Assembly (NCBI GenBank): GCA_013696965.1 | Contig: JACCXN010000035.1 | Span: 14,393 to 78,392, forward strand | DNA from: Bacteroidota bacterium | Lineage (GTDB): Bacteria > Bacteroidota > Bacteroidia > JACCXN01 | Reading direction: 5' to 3' | Length of the DNA stretch: 64,000 nucleotides | Part shown: positions 17,369 to 26,443 of the stretch, piece after piece | Layout of the letters: each line of letters opens with the position of its first letter | Position numbering within the stretch: the first letter of the stretch is position 1 | Program-made: the position numbers and the translations under genes | The notes under the pieces: model-generated | Databases searched by the model: none | What the model was told of the DNA's origin: nothing | What the model saw: the letters and a program-made list of their open reading frames with translations, nothing else

Positions 17369-20017
17369 TTATTTTCTTAAATCAACAAAACCTTTCAGCA
17401 TTGTATCTCCATTATTTATAATTAATAGAACAAAATAGGTTCCTGTGGGAAGAACTTCTCCTTTGTTATTGGTCCCGTTCCACTCATTCATGTAGTTTTC
17501 CATAGTATAAACTTCATTTCCCCATCTGTTAAAAACAGTAAAGTTATTGTTCGGGAATTCTTCAATTCCTTTAATAATAAAACTATCGTTTTTACCACTG
17601 TTGTTAGGGGAAAAGCCGGTTGGCATTTCAAGCATTAATGGTTCGTTTAGTACTGCGCTTGCTGTTGTTGTACAACCATTTGCATCGGTTATAGAAACTT
17701 CATAGATACCAGCCTTTAAATTACTTATATCAGAGGTAATAGCGCCTGTTGACCATTTATAAGAATATGGTTGAGCCCCTCCTGATGGATCAATATTTAT
17801 AGCTCCATCACTTCCATTGTATGCACTAATATTAAAAGTATTTGTAAAAACTGATGCTGTTAAGTTAACCGATAAAACCTCCGGTTGATTTATAGTTATT
17901 TGTCGCGTTGTTTTGCAATTGTCTTTATCCCTTATTGTTACTTCATAAGTGCCTGCTGATAAATCTGTTAATTGAGAAGTAGTTGCGCCATTGCTCCATT
18001 CAAACTCGTAGGGAGCAGCTCCATTGCTTACATTGATTAAGGCAGATCCATTGTTTAAGCCATTGCAACTAACATTTTCTGATTCTGCGCTTAATTGCAT
18101 TGCAGATATTTCATCTAAAGATATCATGAGTTGTTGTTCACAATTATTGTTATCAATAACTGTAACATTATACAACCCGCTGGTTAAATCAATAATTTCA
18201 CTTTCACTGCTACCATTATTCCAGGAATAGGAGTAGGGAGCGGTTCCGCCATTGACATTCACCGAAATTTTGCCACTGTTTTCATTGCATTTTGCAGGTT
18301 CTATGGAAGCAACCACATATAAGTTTTCAGGTTCGGTTATGTTTACCGATAAAGTGATCTTACTTTCACAACCATTGGTATCAGAGACCAAAACATTGTA
18401 TGAGCCTTCTGAAAGGCCATTAACCGTTGAAGTAAATTGAACGGGTGAAGTACTCCATTCATAATTATAATTTCCACTTCCACCTGTAGCCACAACCGTT
18501 GCCTCACCATTTAAATCACCTTTGCATAAAACATTTAGCTGAGTACCGATGTTAGCAGTTAACGAATTAGAAGGTTCAGTTATATTTACAGTAATATCTA
18601 TGGGTGTAAGGCAACCATTTGTATCAAAAACTTCAAGGGTATAATTACCAGATGTTAAATTGGTTATATGAGCAGTATTTTGGACAGGCGAAGTATTCCA
18701 CACGTAAGTGTAATTTCCGCTTCCCCCTGTAGTAAGAACAGCAATTTCTCCAATAGAATCTCCTTTACATTTATTGTTTTCCTGTAAAACAAGAGAAACA
18801 TTTAATGAATCTTCGGGTTCTGTTATAGTTACTGAAAGTTTAAGTGGGGTAGAACATTCATTACTATCATTAATAATAACTTCGTAATTTCCTGCTGATA
18901 AACCTGTTGCTGTATTTGAAGTTTGAACAGGGGAAGTATTCCATGAATAGGAATAAACCCCAATACCTCCGGTAACCTGTACTGCAGCAGAACCATTGTT
19001 CTCGCCTGTACATAATACCTTTTCAATATTTATTATCTCTGCTTCAATAGGAGTTGTTGTTGTTACAGGAACAGTAATTAACAATGAATTGCAACCGTCC
19101 TCACTTAATCCATCTTTTATTTCAAGCGTGTAATTTCCTGCAGCGGTTGCAAAATAATCAGAAGATGTGGAAACAATTGTTCCATTTGAGTCTCTCCAGC
19201 TATATGAATAATTACCATCGCCACCATTTGCAAAGCTAGAAATCATAGTTCCAGAGTTTCCTGGACAAAGCGCTGCATTGCTAGGAGAAATGGTTGCCGA
19301 TAACCCAGGTAAAATATAAATCCTGAAAGTATCACAAAGTGTTTGAGTAAAACCGCATTTATCGGCAATGGGATAACCACAAATTGAATAATCTATATAT
19401 TCTGGGGCCAAAGAATCGGGTGAAAAATAAATAGTAGAACAAGCACTGGTACAGCTTAGATAATGATTGTATTCCCCTGCTTCTCCTGGGTAAATGGAGT
19501 TTAAAGTAATTGTAGAATAATCTAAACCAAATGTTTTAATTTCCCTATTGCAAATAACTCTTGAGTAGTCATCAGGCGGAAAAGTTGGGATTGCTATTGA
19601 ACTAATCTTATATTTATTAACATTTGTGCCAGGTTTGCAAAATGTAATAAAATGAGGGCCAACCCCACTTATACAAATTTCTTCTCCTATCATCACATCA
19701 GGGCCGCAATTAATTTGATAATAAAGTGCTCCAGATGGCATTGCGCCCTCTATTATTTCTACTTTCACGGCTACCGCAAGAGTGTCAAGAGTTATCATGA
19801 AAGAAGTGCAAAGTTTTGAACCGGAAGCAGAACAACACAATCCTTTTCTACTGTGAGAAGGAGAAATCCAAGTTCCTTCTGGGTTTCCTGTAAAATCTAC
19901 TTCAAAATAAGGAACGGTAGAATCACATTGGGAAAATGATTTTTCCGTAGTGAACAAAGTAAAAATAGCCAAATACAGTAACAGCTGAAATTTACCATAG
20001 TAATTAGTTTTCTTCAT
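17369..20017 (-). CDS. SprB-repeat cell-surface protein with a T9SS type B (gliding-motility-associated) C-terminal domain
   Basis: Cys-rich N-terminal domain, then six or more SprB-type repeats (CxGxxNGSAxVxVTGGxGxYSYSWNTSP). The C-terminal ~85 aa (FSPNNSGKNDSFIIKGIEEF...TGTYFVLLII...GFVDLRK) match the gliding-motility-associated C-terminal domain (type B sorting domain). Confidence 0.85.
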   Translation of the reverse strand: MKKTNYYGKFQLLLYLAIFTLFTTEKSFSQCDSTVPYFEVDFTGNPEGTWISPSHSRKGLCCSASGSKLCTSFMITLDTLAVAVKVEIIEGAMPSGALYYQINCGPDVMIGEEICISGVGPHFITFCKPGTNVNKYKISSIAIPTFPPDDYSRVICNREIKTFGLDYSTITLNSIYPGEAGEYNHYLSCTSACSTIYFSPDSLAPEYIDYSICGYPIADKCGFTQTLCDTFRIYILPGLSATISPSNAALCPGNSGTMISSFANGGDGNYSYSWRDSNGTIVSTSSDYFATAAGNYTLEIKDGLSEDGCNSLLITVPVTTTTPIEAEIINIEKVLCTGENNGSAAVQVTGGIGVYSYSWNTSPVQTSNTATGLSAGNYEVIINDSNECSTPLKLSVTITEPEDSLNVSLVLQENNKCKGDSIGEIAVLTTGGSGNYTYVWNTSPVQNTAHITNLTSGNYTLEVFDTNGCLTPIDITVNITEPSNSLTANIGTQLNVLCKGDLNGEATVVATGGSGNYNYEWSTSPVQFTSTVNGLSEGSYNVLVSDTNGCESKITLSVNITEPENLYVVASIEPAKCNENSGKISVNVNGGTAPYSYSWNNGSSESEIIDLTSGLYNVTVIDNNNCEQQLMISLDEISAMQLSAESENVSCNGLNNGSALINVSNGAAPYEFEWSNGATTSQLTDLSAGTYEVTIRDKDNCKTTRQITINQPEVLSVNLTASVFTNTFNISAYNGSDGAINIDPSGGAQPYSYKWSTGAITSDISNLKAGIYEVSITDANGCTTTASAVLNEPLMLEMPTGFSPNNSGKNDSFIIKGIEEFPNNNFTVFNRWGNEVYTMENYMNEWNGTNNKGEVLPTGTYFVLLIINNGDTMLKGFVDLRK

Positions 20018-20295
20018 AATTATAGTTTTTTAAATATTTAATTGAATATTTAAAAACTAATGAATTATGTGCCACTTCTTAAATTATAAGTGGATTTAGG
20101 ATAGAGGTAGGAGATTAAATCTAAAACTTGAATTTAAAAGTTGTATCATCTTTTCCACTATCCATGAAGTTAGTTTCACAAATTTTCTTTAAGAAAAAAA
20201 TATGGCATGCAAGGGAGAGTTCAAAGAATAACTTTGAGGTAGTTGAATTGAAAATTCATGGAATAAAAAATACATTATTTTAAATAAGTTATGAG

Positions 20296-20329
20296 GTTGT
20301 TATGATGTTCTTAAGAACATCATAACAAC
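20296..20329 (-). terminator. perfect 34-bp palindrome immediately 3' of the PspC-domain gene; candidate terminator hairpin
   Basis: gttgttatgatgttcttaagaacatcataacaac is perfectly self-complementary and begins 11 nt after the stop of the 20340..21914 gene. Confidence 0.45.
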
Positions 20330-20339
20330 TTAAAAAACT

Positions 20340-21914
20340 TTAGCAATTCTCACATTTTAATCCATGGGGTGTCATTTTCCATCTTTTTCCAGCCATGTTT
20401 TTATCCTCAATATTATCTGTATTTTCAACATTGTAAAGCATTTTTTTAAGCAGGGGGTTTAACTCAACGGATTTTCCTTCTGGAACTCTTACAGTTATGT
20501 ATACTTGTTGCAACCTGTATTTATCTTCCTGTTCTATTTTATAAAAACCATCAAAAACAATAAGGGAATCAGCTTGTATATAATTATACCCTATTCTTTT
20601 GCTACGCTCTACGGCTTCTTTTTTATTAGATCCGAAACTTGTATTGGTAATATTAATTTTAAAACTATCTGATTCAGATGCAATAATATTTAATTTTGGA
20701 TAACCTACCAATACATGTTCATCCTCAATATGAAAAATACATGCTTTAGAATCGGCCTTGAATGTGAAATTTGGGCTGTTTAATTCGTTCATTCCAATAT
20801 ATAGGATATCGCTTGTTATTTGTGTGGGTGAAATTTCATTTACAAGTGAAGCCTTATTTGAAAAATCAGAAGACAATTTAAAGGCGCTGAAAATTAATAT
20901 TGCAATTCCTGCAAGCCAGAAAATAAAAAATACCGATCCCATTCCACTTATTTTTCTCTTTATATTAAATAGAATTTTAATACCTGCTATTAACAATGAA
21001 AAAAATGGAACAAACAAAACCAGGAACAATGCAATTTTCACTAATCTCATTTGCTCAGGGGAGCTGAAAAAATAAACAAAAACTTCATTGAATGAGAATC
21101 CGGAAACACTATCCAAACCTGCATCAATAAATACATTGCTTCCAACAAATAATACTATAATACTCACTAAAAATACGATAGAGAATAGGATTAATAGAAA
21201 TCCGAACAACTTTCCGATTGAAACAATTGCTAAGCGTAATATATTCAATATAAAATCAGTAAACCGATTTGCTGTATATTTTATCTTAGCGTAATTTTCA
21301 GATTTGTTTATGTTTTTAGCTTCGGTAGAAAATTCGTTGAATTTTTTTTTTATTCCTTCAAATTCTTCATGAACAGATTTGCTTATATTATTGATATTAA
21401 CTGGTTCGCCTTTCATTTCGAGCTTTTCAGCCGATGTTTTGGCTTGTGGAATAATTATCCAAAGAATAATATATAATAATGGGCCTGTTCCAAAAATAAA
21501 AAGCATCAATACAAATAAAAGACGTAACCAAATGGGGTCACTAATTCCAAAATAGGCAGATAATCCAGAACAAACTCCTCCAAATATCCTGTTGTCCGGA
21601 TCCCTGAATATCCTGTTTCTTGTTTGTTGGCCTTGTACAGGAGGGCTTTGACCATCCACAAATTCCTCTGGCTGTCCCATTATGGCAATTACTTCATCTA
21701 CATCCGAATCAGTTATTACCTGATTGGTTGCTGTAATTTTCGCTTTAAACATTTCTGCTATCCTGGCTTCAATATCAGCCATTATTTCTGCCTTGCCTTC
21801 GGAAGCATTAAAATAACTGCCTATTGTTTGCAAATAAACATTCAGTTTATCGTAAGCATCCTCATTTAAGTGAAAAATCATTCCACTAATATTACTAATT
21901 ACCGTTTTATTCAT
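20340..21914 (-). CDS. PspC domain-containing membrane protein
   Basis: A block around residues 100-150, RDPDNRIFGGVCSGLSAYFGISDPIWLRLLFVLMLF, is the PspC domain signature. It is followed by multiple TM segments and a C-terminal beta-rich domain. The 8-nt overlap with the upstream PadR gene matches the common PadR-PspC operon. Confidence 0.8.
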   Translation of the reverse strand: MNKTVISNISGMIFHLNEDAYDKLNVYLQTIGSYFNASEGKAEIMADIEARIAEMFKAKITATNQVITDSDVDEVIAIMGQPEEFVDGQSPPVQGQQTRNRIFRDPDNRIFGGVCSGLSAYFGISDPIWLRLLFVLMLFIFGTGPLLYIILWIIIPQAKTSAEKLEMKGEPVNINNISKSVHEEFEGIKKKFNEFSTEAKNINKSENYAKIKYTANRFTDFILNILRLAIVSIGKLFGFLLILFSIVFLVSIIVLFVGSNVFIDAGLDSVSGFSFNEVFVYFFSSPEQMRLVKIALFLVLFVPFFSLLIAGIKILFNIKRKISGMGSVFFIFWLAGIAILIFSAFKLSSDFSNKASLVNEISPTQITSDILYIGMNELNSPNFTFKADSKACIFHIEDEHVLVGYPKLNIIASESDSFKINITNTSFGSNKKEAVERSKRIGYNYIQADSLIVFDGFYKIEQEDKYRLQQVYITVRVPEGKSVELNPLLKKMLYNVENTDNIEDKNMAGKRWKMTPHGLKCENC

Positions 21915-22245
21915 TTTGTTTTTGATTTAAAATTGATTCAACTGCCTGTACAAGTTCTTTCCATGATTCTTTCAAACTGGCAAGGAAAGCTTCTCCAATT
22001 GAAGTTAATTCATAATATTTTCTTGGTGGCCCTGAAAGTGATTCCTCCCATCTGTATGAAAGTAAACCTTCGTTTTTTAATCTTGTTAAAAGGGGATATA
22101 AGGTTCCTTCAACCACAATTAATTTAGCTTCTTTTAATCTAGCGATTATTTCTGAGGGATAAGCATCCCCTCTTGACAAAATGGAAAGAATACAGAATTC
22201 CAGTATTCCTTTTCGCATTTGTTGCTTTACATTTTCCGGGTTCAT
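21907..22245 (-). CDS. PadR family transcriptional regulator
   Basis: 112 aa. Winged-helix block GILEFCILSILSRGDAYPSEIIARLKE...GTLYPLLTRLKNEGLL is the PadR signature. Confidence 0.9.
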   Translation of the reverse strand: MNPENVKQQMRKGILEFCILSILSRGDAYPSEIIARLKEAKLIVVEGTLYPLLTRLKNEGLLSYRWEESLSGPPRKYYELTSIGEAFLASLKESWKELVQAVESILNQKQNE

Positions 22246-22409
22246 TTCTTATTGGTTATTCATTTTGTTGCACCAAAGGTAAATAAAATATAGTACTATG
22301 CAATACAAAGTACTATATTTTTTTATTCGTGCTTATAACTGTAAAATAATTTATTCATCATTTTAACTCTTAAAACAAAATTCATATTACTTTTGATGAA
22401 AATTTATAA

Positions 22410-23126
22410 ATGGAATTTCTTTTTTCGCTGGAAGGGCTAATTAGCCTTTTGACTTTAACTGTTTTAGAAATAGTTTTAGGAATTGATAATATTATTTTTA
22501 TTTCCATAGTTGCTGGAAAACTACCGGCAGAAAAACAGTTTAAAGCAAGGTTAATTGGTTTGAGCCTTGCTTTAATAATGCGTATTGCTTTGCTTTTTGC
22601 CATAACATGGATTATAGGATTAACCAAACCCTTATTTACTCTTTTTGATTTTACTGCCAGTTGGAGAGATTTAATACTTTTTGCAGGAGGTCTTTTCCTT
22701 ATGGCAAAAAGCACTACTGAGATTCATAGTAAGGTAAGTGGGGATGAGGATGTAAAATCATTGATTAAAAAACAAATGAGTTTTTCAACAGCTGTTATTC
22801 AGATTGTTTTGCTTGATATTGTTTTTTCATTTGACTCTATTCTTACTGCAATAGGTCTTACAAAAGAATTTATTATTATGGTAATTGCCGTAGTAATTGC
22901 ATTGATTATAATGCTTGTTTTTTCTGGAAAGGTCAGTAATTTTGTCAACAATCATCCAACGGTTAAAATACTTGCCTTATCCTTTTTATTAATGATTGGA
23001 ATGTTGCTTGTTTTTGATTCATTTCACCTTCATGTTCCCAAAGGTTATGTTTATTTTTCACTGGCATTTTCAATGTTTATTGAAGTGCTGAATTTACGAA
23101 TGAGAAAAAATATTCAGAAAGAGTAG
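22410..23126 (+). CDS. TerC family integral membrane protein
   Basis: 238 aa, polytopic membrane protein. LGIDNIIFISIV and later DSILTAIGLT repeat motifs are characteristic of the TerC/YkoY family. Confidence 0.85.
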   Translation: MEFLFSLEGLISLLTLTVLEIVLGIDNIIFISIVAGKLPAEKQFKARLIGLSLALIMRIALLFAITWIIGLTKPLFTLFDFTASWRDLILFAGGLFLMAKSTTEIHSKVSGDEDVKSLIKKQMSFSTAVIQIVLLDIVFSFDSILTAIGLTKEFIIMVIAVVIALIIMLVFSGKVSNFVNNHPTVKILALSFLLMIGMLLVFDSFHLHVPKGYVYFSLAFSMFIEVLNLRMRKNIQKE

Positions 23127-23139
23127 AAATAGGTTTTTT

Positions 23140-23718
23140 TTATTTTCTTACCGGAAGAATTCTTCTGAAAAAAGAAACTTTTTTATCAAGAGCAGGAATA
23201 TAAATCTGGCTTGCTGATTTTACATCCTCCACAGAAAAGAAGGCGTTGGGGTTATATTCATTAATAAGGTCAATTACTTTACCAACATTTATTCTTTTTA
23301 CCGTTGTGAAAAGTATTTTAACGGGCCCTCTGGCACCTTGGGCATCCACAATGGTAAGGCCATATTTTTCCCTATCCAAGGCAGAGATAAGCTTTTCACA
23401 GCTTTGATTGGTTATTATTCTAACTACCTGTACACCCAAGGCTATTTTTTCTTCCAAAACCAATCCAATATAACTTCCCGTTGCATATCCTCCAGCCCAT
23501 GCGAAATAAAAAAGCCAGTTGTTGTTTAAATTTTGAAAAATTTGGCTGATTGCAGCCAGCCAAATCAACACTTCAAAAAATCCTATGAAAGGAACAATTT
23601 TTTTATGTCCTTTTGCGGCTAATACAGAACGTAAGGTACCCAGGCTAACATCACAAACCCTTGCAAAAAAAATCAGAAGTGGGAATAAAATCCAATTGTT
23701 ATAATCAAAACCTTCCAT
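23140..23718 (-). CDS. DUF2179 domain-containing membrane protein (UPF0316 family)
   Basis: 192 aa. N-terminal TM region with the DVSLGTLRSVL motif. C-terminal soluble domain ...GLTIVDAQGARGPVKILFTTVKRINVGKVIDLINEYNPNAFFSVEDVKS matches the UPF0316/DUF2179 pattern. Confidence 0.7.
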   Translation of the reverse strand: MEGFDYNNWILFPLLIFFARVCDVSLGTLRSVLAAKGHKKIVPFIGFFEVLIWLAAISQIFQNLNNNWLFYFAWAGGYATGSYIGLVLEEKIALGVQVVRIITNQSCEKLISALDREKYGLTIVDAQGARGPVKILFTTVKRINVGKVIDLINEYNPNAFFSVEDVKSASQIYIPALDKKVSFFRRILPVRK

Positions 23719-24026
23719 TGTATATATTATCTCTGTTTTATATTTATTTAATATATTAAAATAATCTGATGAAAAAAAACACCTTTTTATTTAAGAAAAC
23801 TTACATTTAGTAACTCGATTGTAATTTTTATTATTTTGCATTTTAAATACAAACACTATTAGTATAACAAATACAATAGGAATAAAGGTATTAGGTTATA
23901 GCCTTTTAAAAGACTACAAAATTACTGATAATTTTTCAAGCTTAAACAACAAAAAAAAATGTATTTAATAATGTAAACAAGCATTAATAGGATGTATTGC
24001 ATTAAATTTAGTTACTTTGTTTTACT

Positions 24027-26072
24027 ATGGAACTTATACTAAAGTGGTGGGAGGTAAATTTCCCCATTGTTGATCCGGTATTAATATTTTCTCTTGTACT
24101 GTTTATTATCCTGTTATCTCCAATTTTGCTTCAAAGATTCAGGGTTCCTGCTGTGGTGGGGCTTTTATTAGCGGGGGTTGTTATTGGTCCCCATGCTTTG
24201 AATCTTCTTGAAAGGGATAAGAGTTTTGAGTTGTTTGGAATGGTAGGCCTTTTGTATATCATGTTTTTGGCCGGCCTTGAGCTGGACCTTACACAATTCC
24301 GAAAGAATAAAAGTAAAAGTCTTGTATTTGGTTTCATTACTTTTTTAATTCCCCAGGCTCTTGGAATTTTGGTTGCCTTCTACATTCTGAATTTTAATAT
24401 TATATCTTCTGTATTATTGGCCAGTATGTTCGCCTCCCATACCTTAATTGCCTATCCGGTAGTTAGCAGGTTAGGGATTACCCGTACCCAGGTTGTAACC
24501 GTAATAATTGGTGGTACACTGGTAACAAATATCATAGCCCTTATGATTTTATCTGTGATTACTAGTATGTCCAGGGGAGAGTTAGAAACTTTGTTTTGGG
24601 TAGAATTTTTAGTTTCACTTTCGATTTATGGATTTATTGTTTTTTGGGGAATACCAAAAATTGGAAGGTGGTTTTTCAAAAACTTTGAAGGGCAGGGAGG
24701 AACTCATTATATTTTCGTTCTTGCTGTTGTTTTTGCTGCTTCTTATTTTGCCAATGCAGCTAAAATAGAGCCTATAATTGGGGCCTTTATTGCCGGGCTT
24801 GCAATGAATAAATTAATTCCAAACACCTCTCCTCTAATGAACAGGATAGATTTTATTGGAAACAATTTATTCATTCCATTTTTCCTTATTGGAGTTGGAA
24901 TGTTAATAAATTTGAGGGTGTTTTTTAATGGAACAGAGGCATTGAAAGTTGCAGCCCTTATGATTGTTGTTGCACTTCTAAGTAAATGGATCGCAGCATT
25001 TATTACTCAAAAAATATTTAATTATTCCAAAATTGAAAAAAATCTAATGTTTGGATTAAGTTCAGCACAGGCTGCCTCCACACTTGCTGCTGTAACTATT
25101 GGGTTTAACCTTGGCCTTTTAAATGAAAATGTATTGAATGGGACCATTTTAATGATCCTGTTTACATGTCTGATCAGTTCTTTTGTAACAGAGAAAGCAG
25201 GCCGGGAACTGGCAATTATTGAGGGTAACAAAGCCCCCGATCTGTGGGATATTCCAAATAGAGTATTAGTTCCTATTTCTAATCCTGCAACAATTGAAAA
25301 TCTAATGGATCTTGCCATTATGATAAAAAATGATATTTCAAATGAGCCAATTTTTGCACTGGCTGTGGTAAAGGATGATGTAGATGCAAAAGAGAAACTG
25401 GTTTTGAGTGAGAGGATGCTTGAAAAAGCAATTAGCCATGCCTCATCTACAGAAAATGCAGTTAGGGTTGTAACCCGGGTTGATTTAAATATTGCAAGCG
25501 GTGTAATTAGGGCCATTAGAGATTTAATGATTACTGAAGTTATAATTGGCTGGAACGCTAAAATAAGTGCTAAAAGCAATATTTTTGGTAACATTTTAGA
25601 TGTATTGCTTGAAAATTCGGAACAAATGATACTGGTTAGTAAAATCATTAATCCACTTAATACTATTGATAAAATAGTTGTACTTGTACCACCAAATGCA
25701 GAATATGAAAAAGGTTTTATTCATTGGGTGAGAACAATTAAAAAACTTTCAAAACAAACCGGAGCAAGTGTTGTGTTTTATTCTTCAGATTTTACAAAGG
25801 AAAAATTAATTGCTGCTACAAAAGCCACAAAGCCTGCAATTAGCTCTTCTTACAAAGAGTTTAATGAATGGGATGATTTTTCGTCTTTATCAAAGGAAAT
25901 TAAAGCTGATGATTTGCTGGTGATCATTAGTGCCCGTAAATCTACAGTTTCCTATAAGCATTTCCTTGATAATGTTCCAAAAAATCTTGCAAAATATTTT
26001 GAATCCTCTAACTTTATTATTGTGTTTCCAGAACAAACCCTGGAGCCAGATGTTTTTAAACATATGCAATAA
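24027..26072 (+). CDS. cation:proton antiporter (Na+/H+ exchanger family) with a C-terminal tandem universal-stress-protein-like domain
   Basis: 681 aa. N-terminal ~400 aa has 10-12 TM helices with Na_H_Exchanger-type motifs (LLLAGVVIGP, FLAGLELDL). The C-terminal ~250 aa soluble region has USP-like repeats. Confidence 0.85.
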   Translation: MELILKWWEVNFPIVDPVLIFSLVLFIILLSPILLQRFRVPAVVGLLLAGVVIGPHALNLLERDKSFELFGMVGLLYIMFLAGLELDLTQFRKNKSKSLVFGFITFLIPQALGILVAFYILNFNIISSVLLASMFASHTLIAYPVVSRLGITRTQVVTVIIGGTLVTNIIALMILSVITSMSRGELETLFWVEFLVSLSIYGFIVFWGIPKIGRWFFKNFEGQGGTHYIFVLAVVFAASYFANAAKIEPIIGAFIAGLAMNKLIPNTSPLMNRIDFIGNNLFIPFFLIGVGMLINLRVFFNGTEALKVAALMIVVALLSKWIAAFITQKIFNYSKIEKNLMFGLSSAQAASTLAAVTIGFNLGLLNENVLNGTILMILFTCLISSFVTEKAGRELAIIEGNKAPDLWDIPNRVLVPISNPATIENLMDLAIMIKNDISNEPIFALAVVKDDVDAKEKLVLSERMLEKAISHASSTENAVRVVTRVDLNIASGVIRAIRDLMITEVIIGWNAKISAKSNIFGNILDVLLENSEQMILVSKIINPLNTIDKIVVLVPPNAEYEKGFIHWVRTIKKLSKQTGASVVFYSSDFTKEKLIAATKATKPAISSSYKEFNEWDDFSSLSKEIKADDLLVIISARKSTVSYKHFLDNVPKNLAKYFESSNFIIVFPEQTLEPDVFKHMQ

Positions 26073-26443
26073 AGCATTTTGCAGGTTTTTCCTAAGCATT
26101 AAAAAATGTTTAAATTTAACTCGCATTTATTCTATATGCAGGAAAAATAATATTATAAATCCCTCGTTTTATATTTATACAAAAATGAAAACAGGCCCGT
26201 TAGCCTCATTTTTTATTATTTCTATAACACCCTACAAAAAGATATTTTTTTTCGAACAATTTTTTTTTAAATTTGTTATAGGTATTTTATTTATTTGTAT
26301 AATTGCATCCTCAAATCCGTTTTATAGCCTGAGATTCTTCAAAAAATAAACTATCCGGAAATTTTAGAGCATTTAATACAAATTTCTTTAATTGATTTTT
26401 AAATCAAACCCATTTTATAAAACAAACCTTTTTAAATAGTTGC

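Noticed and set aside
22246-22409. Possible yybP-ykoY (Mn2+) riboswitch upstream of the TerC-family gene
   Set aside because: TerC/YkoY genes are classic targets of this riboswitch. I could not find the conserved GGAGAGUAG ... GGGGAGUA cores in the 164-nt leader, and it is extremely AT-rich. Only a covariance-model scan could settle it.
25022-25648. 208-aa minus-strand ORF within the antiporter gene
   Set aside because: It is antisense to a strongly supported transporter ORF. A hydrophobic antisense reading of a TM-rich gene is a common artefact.
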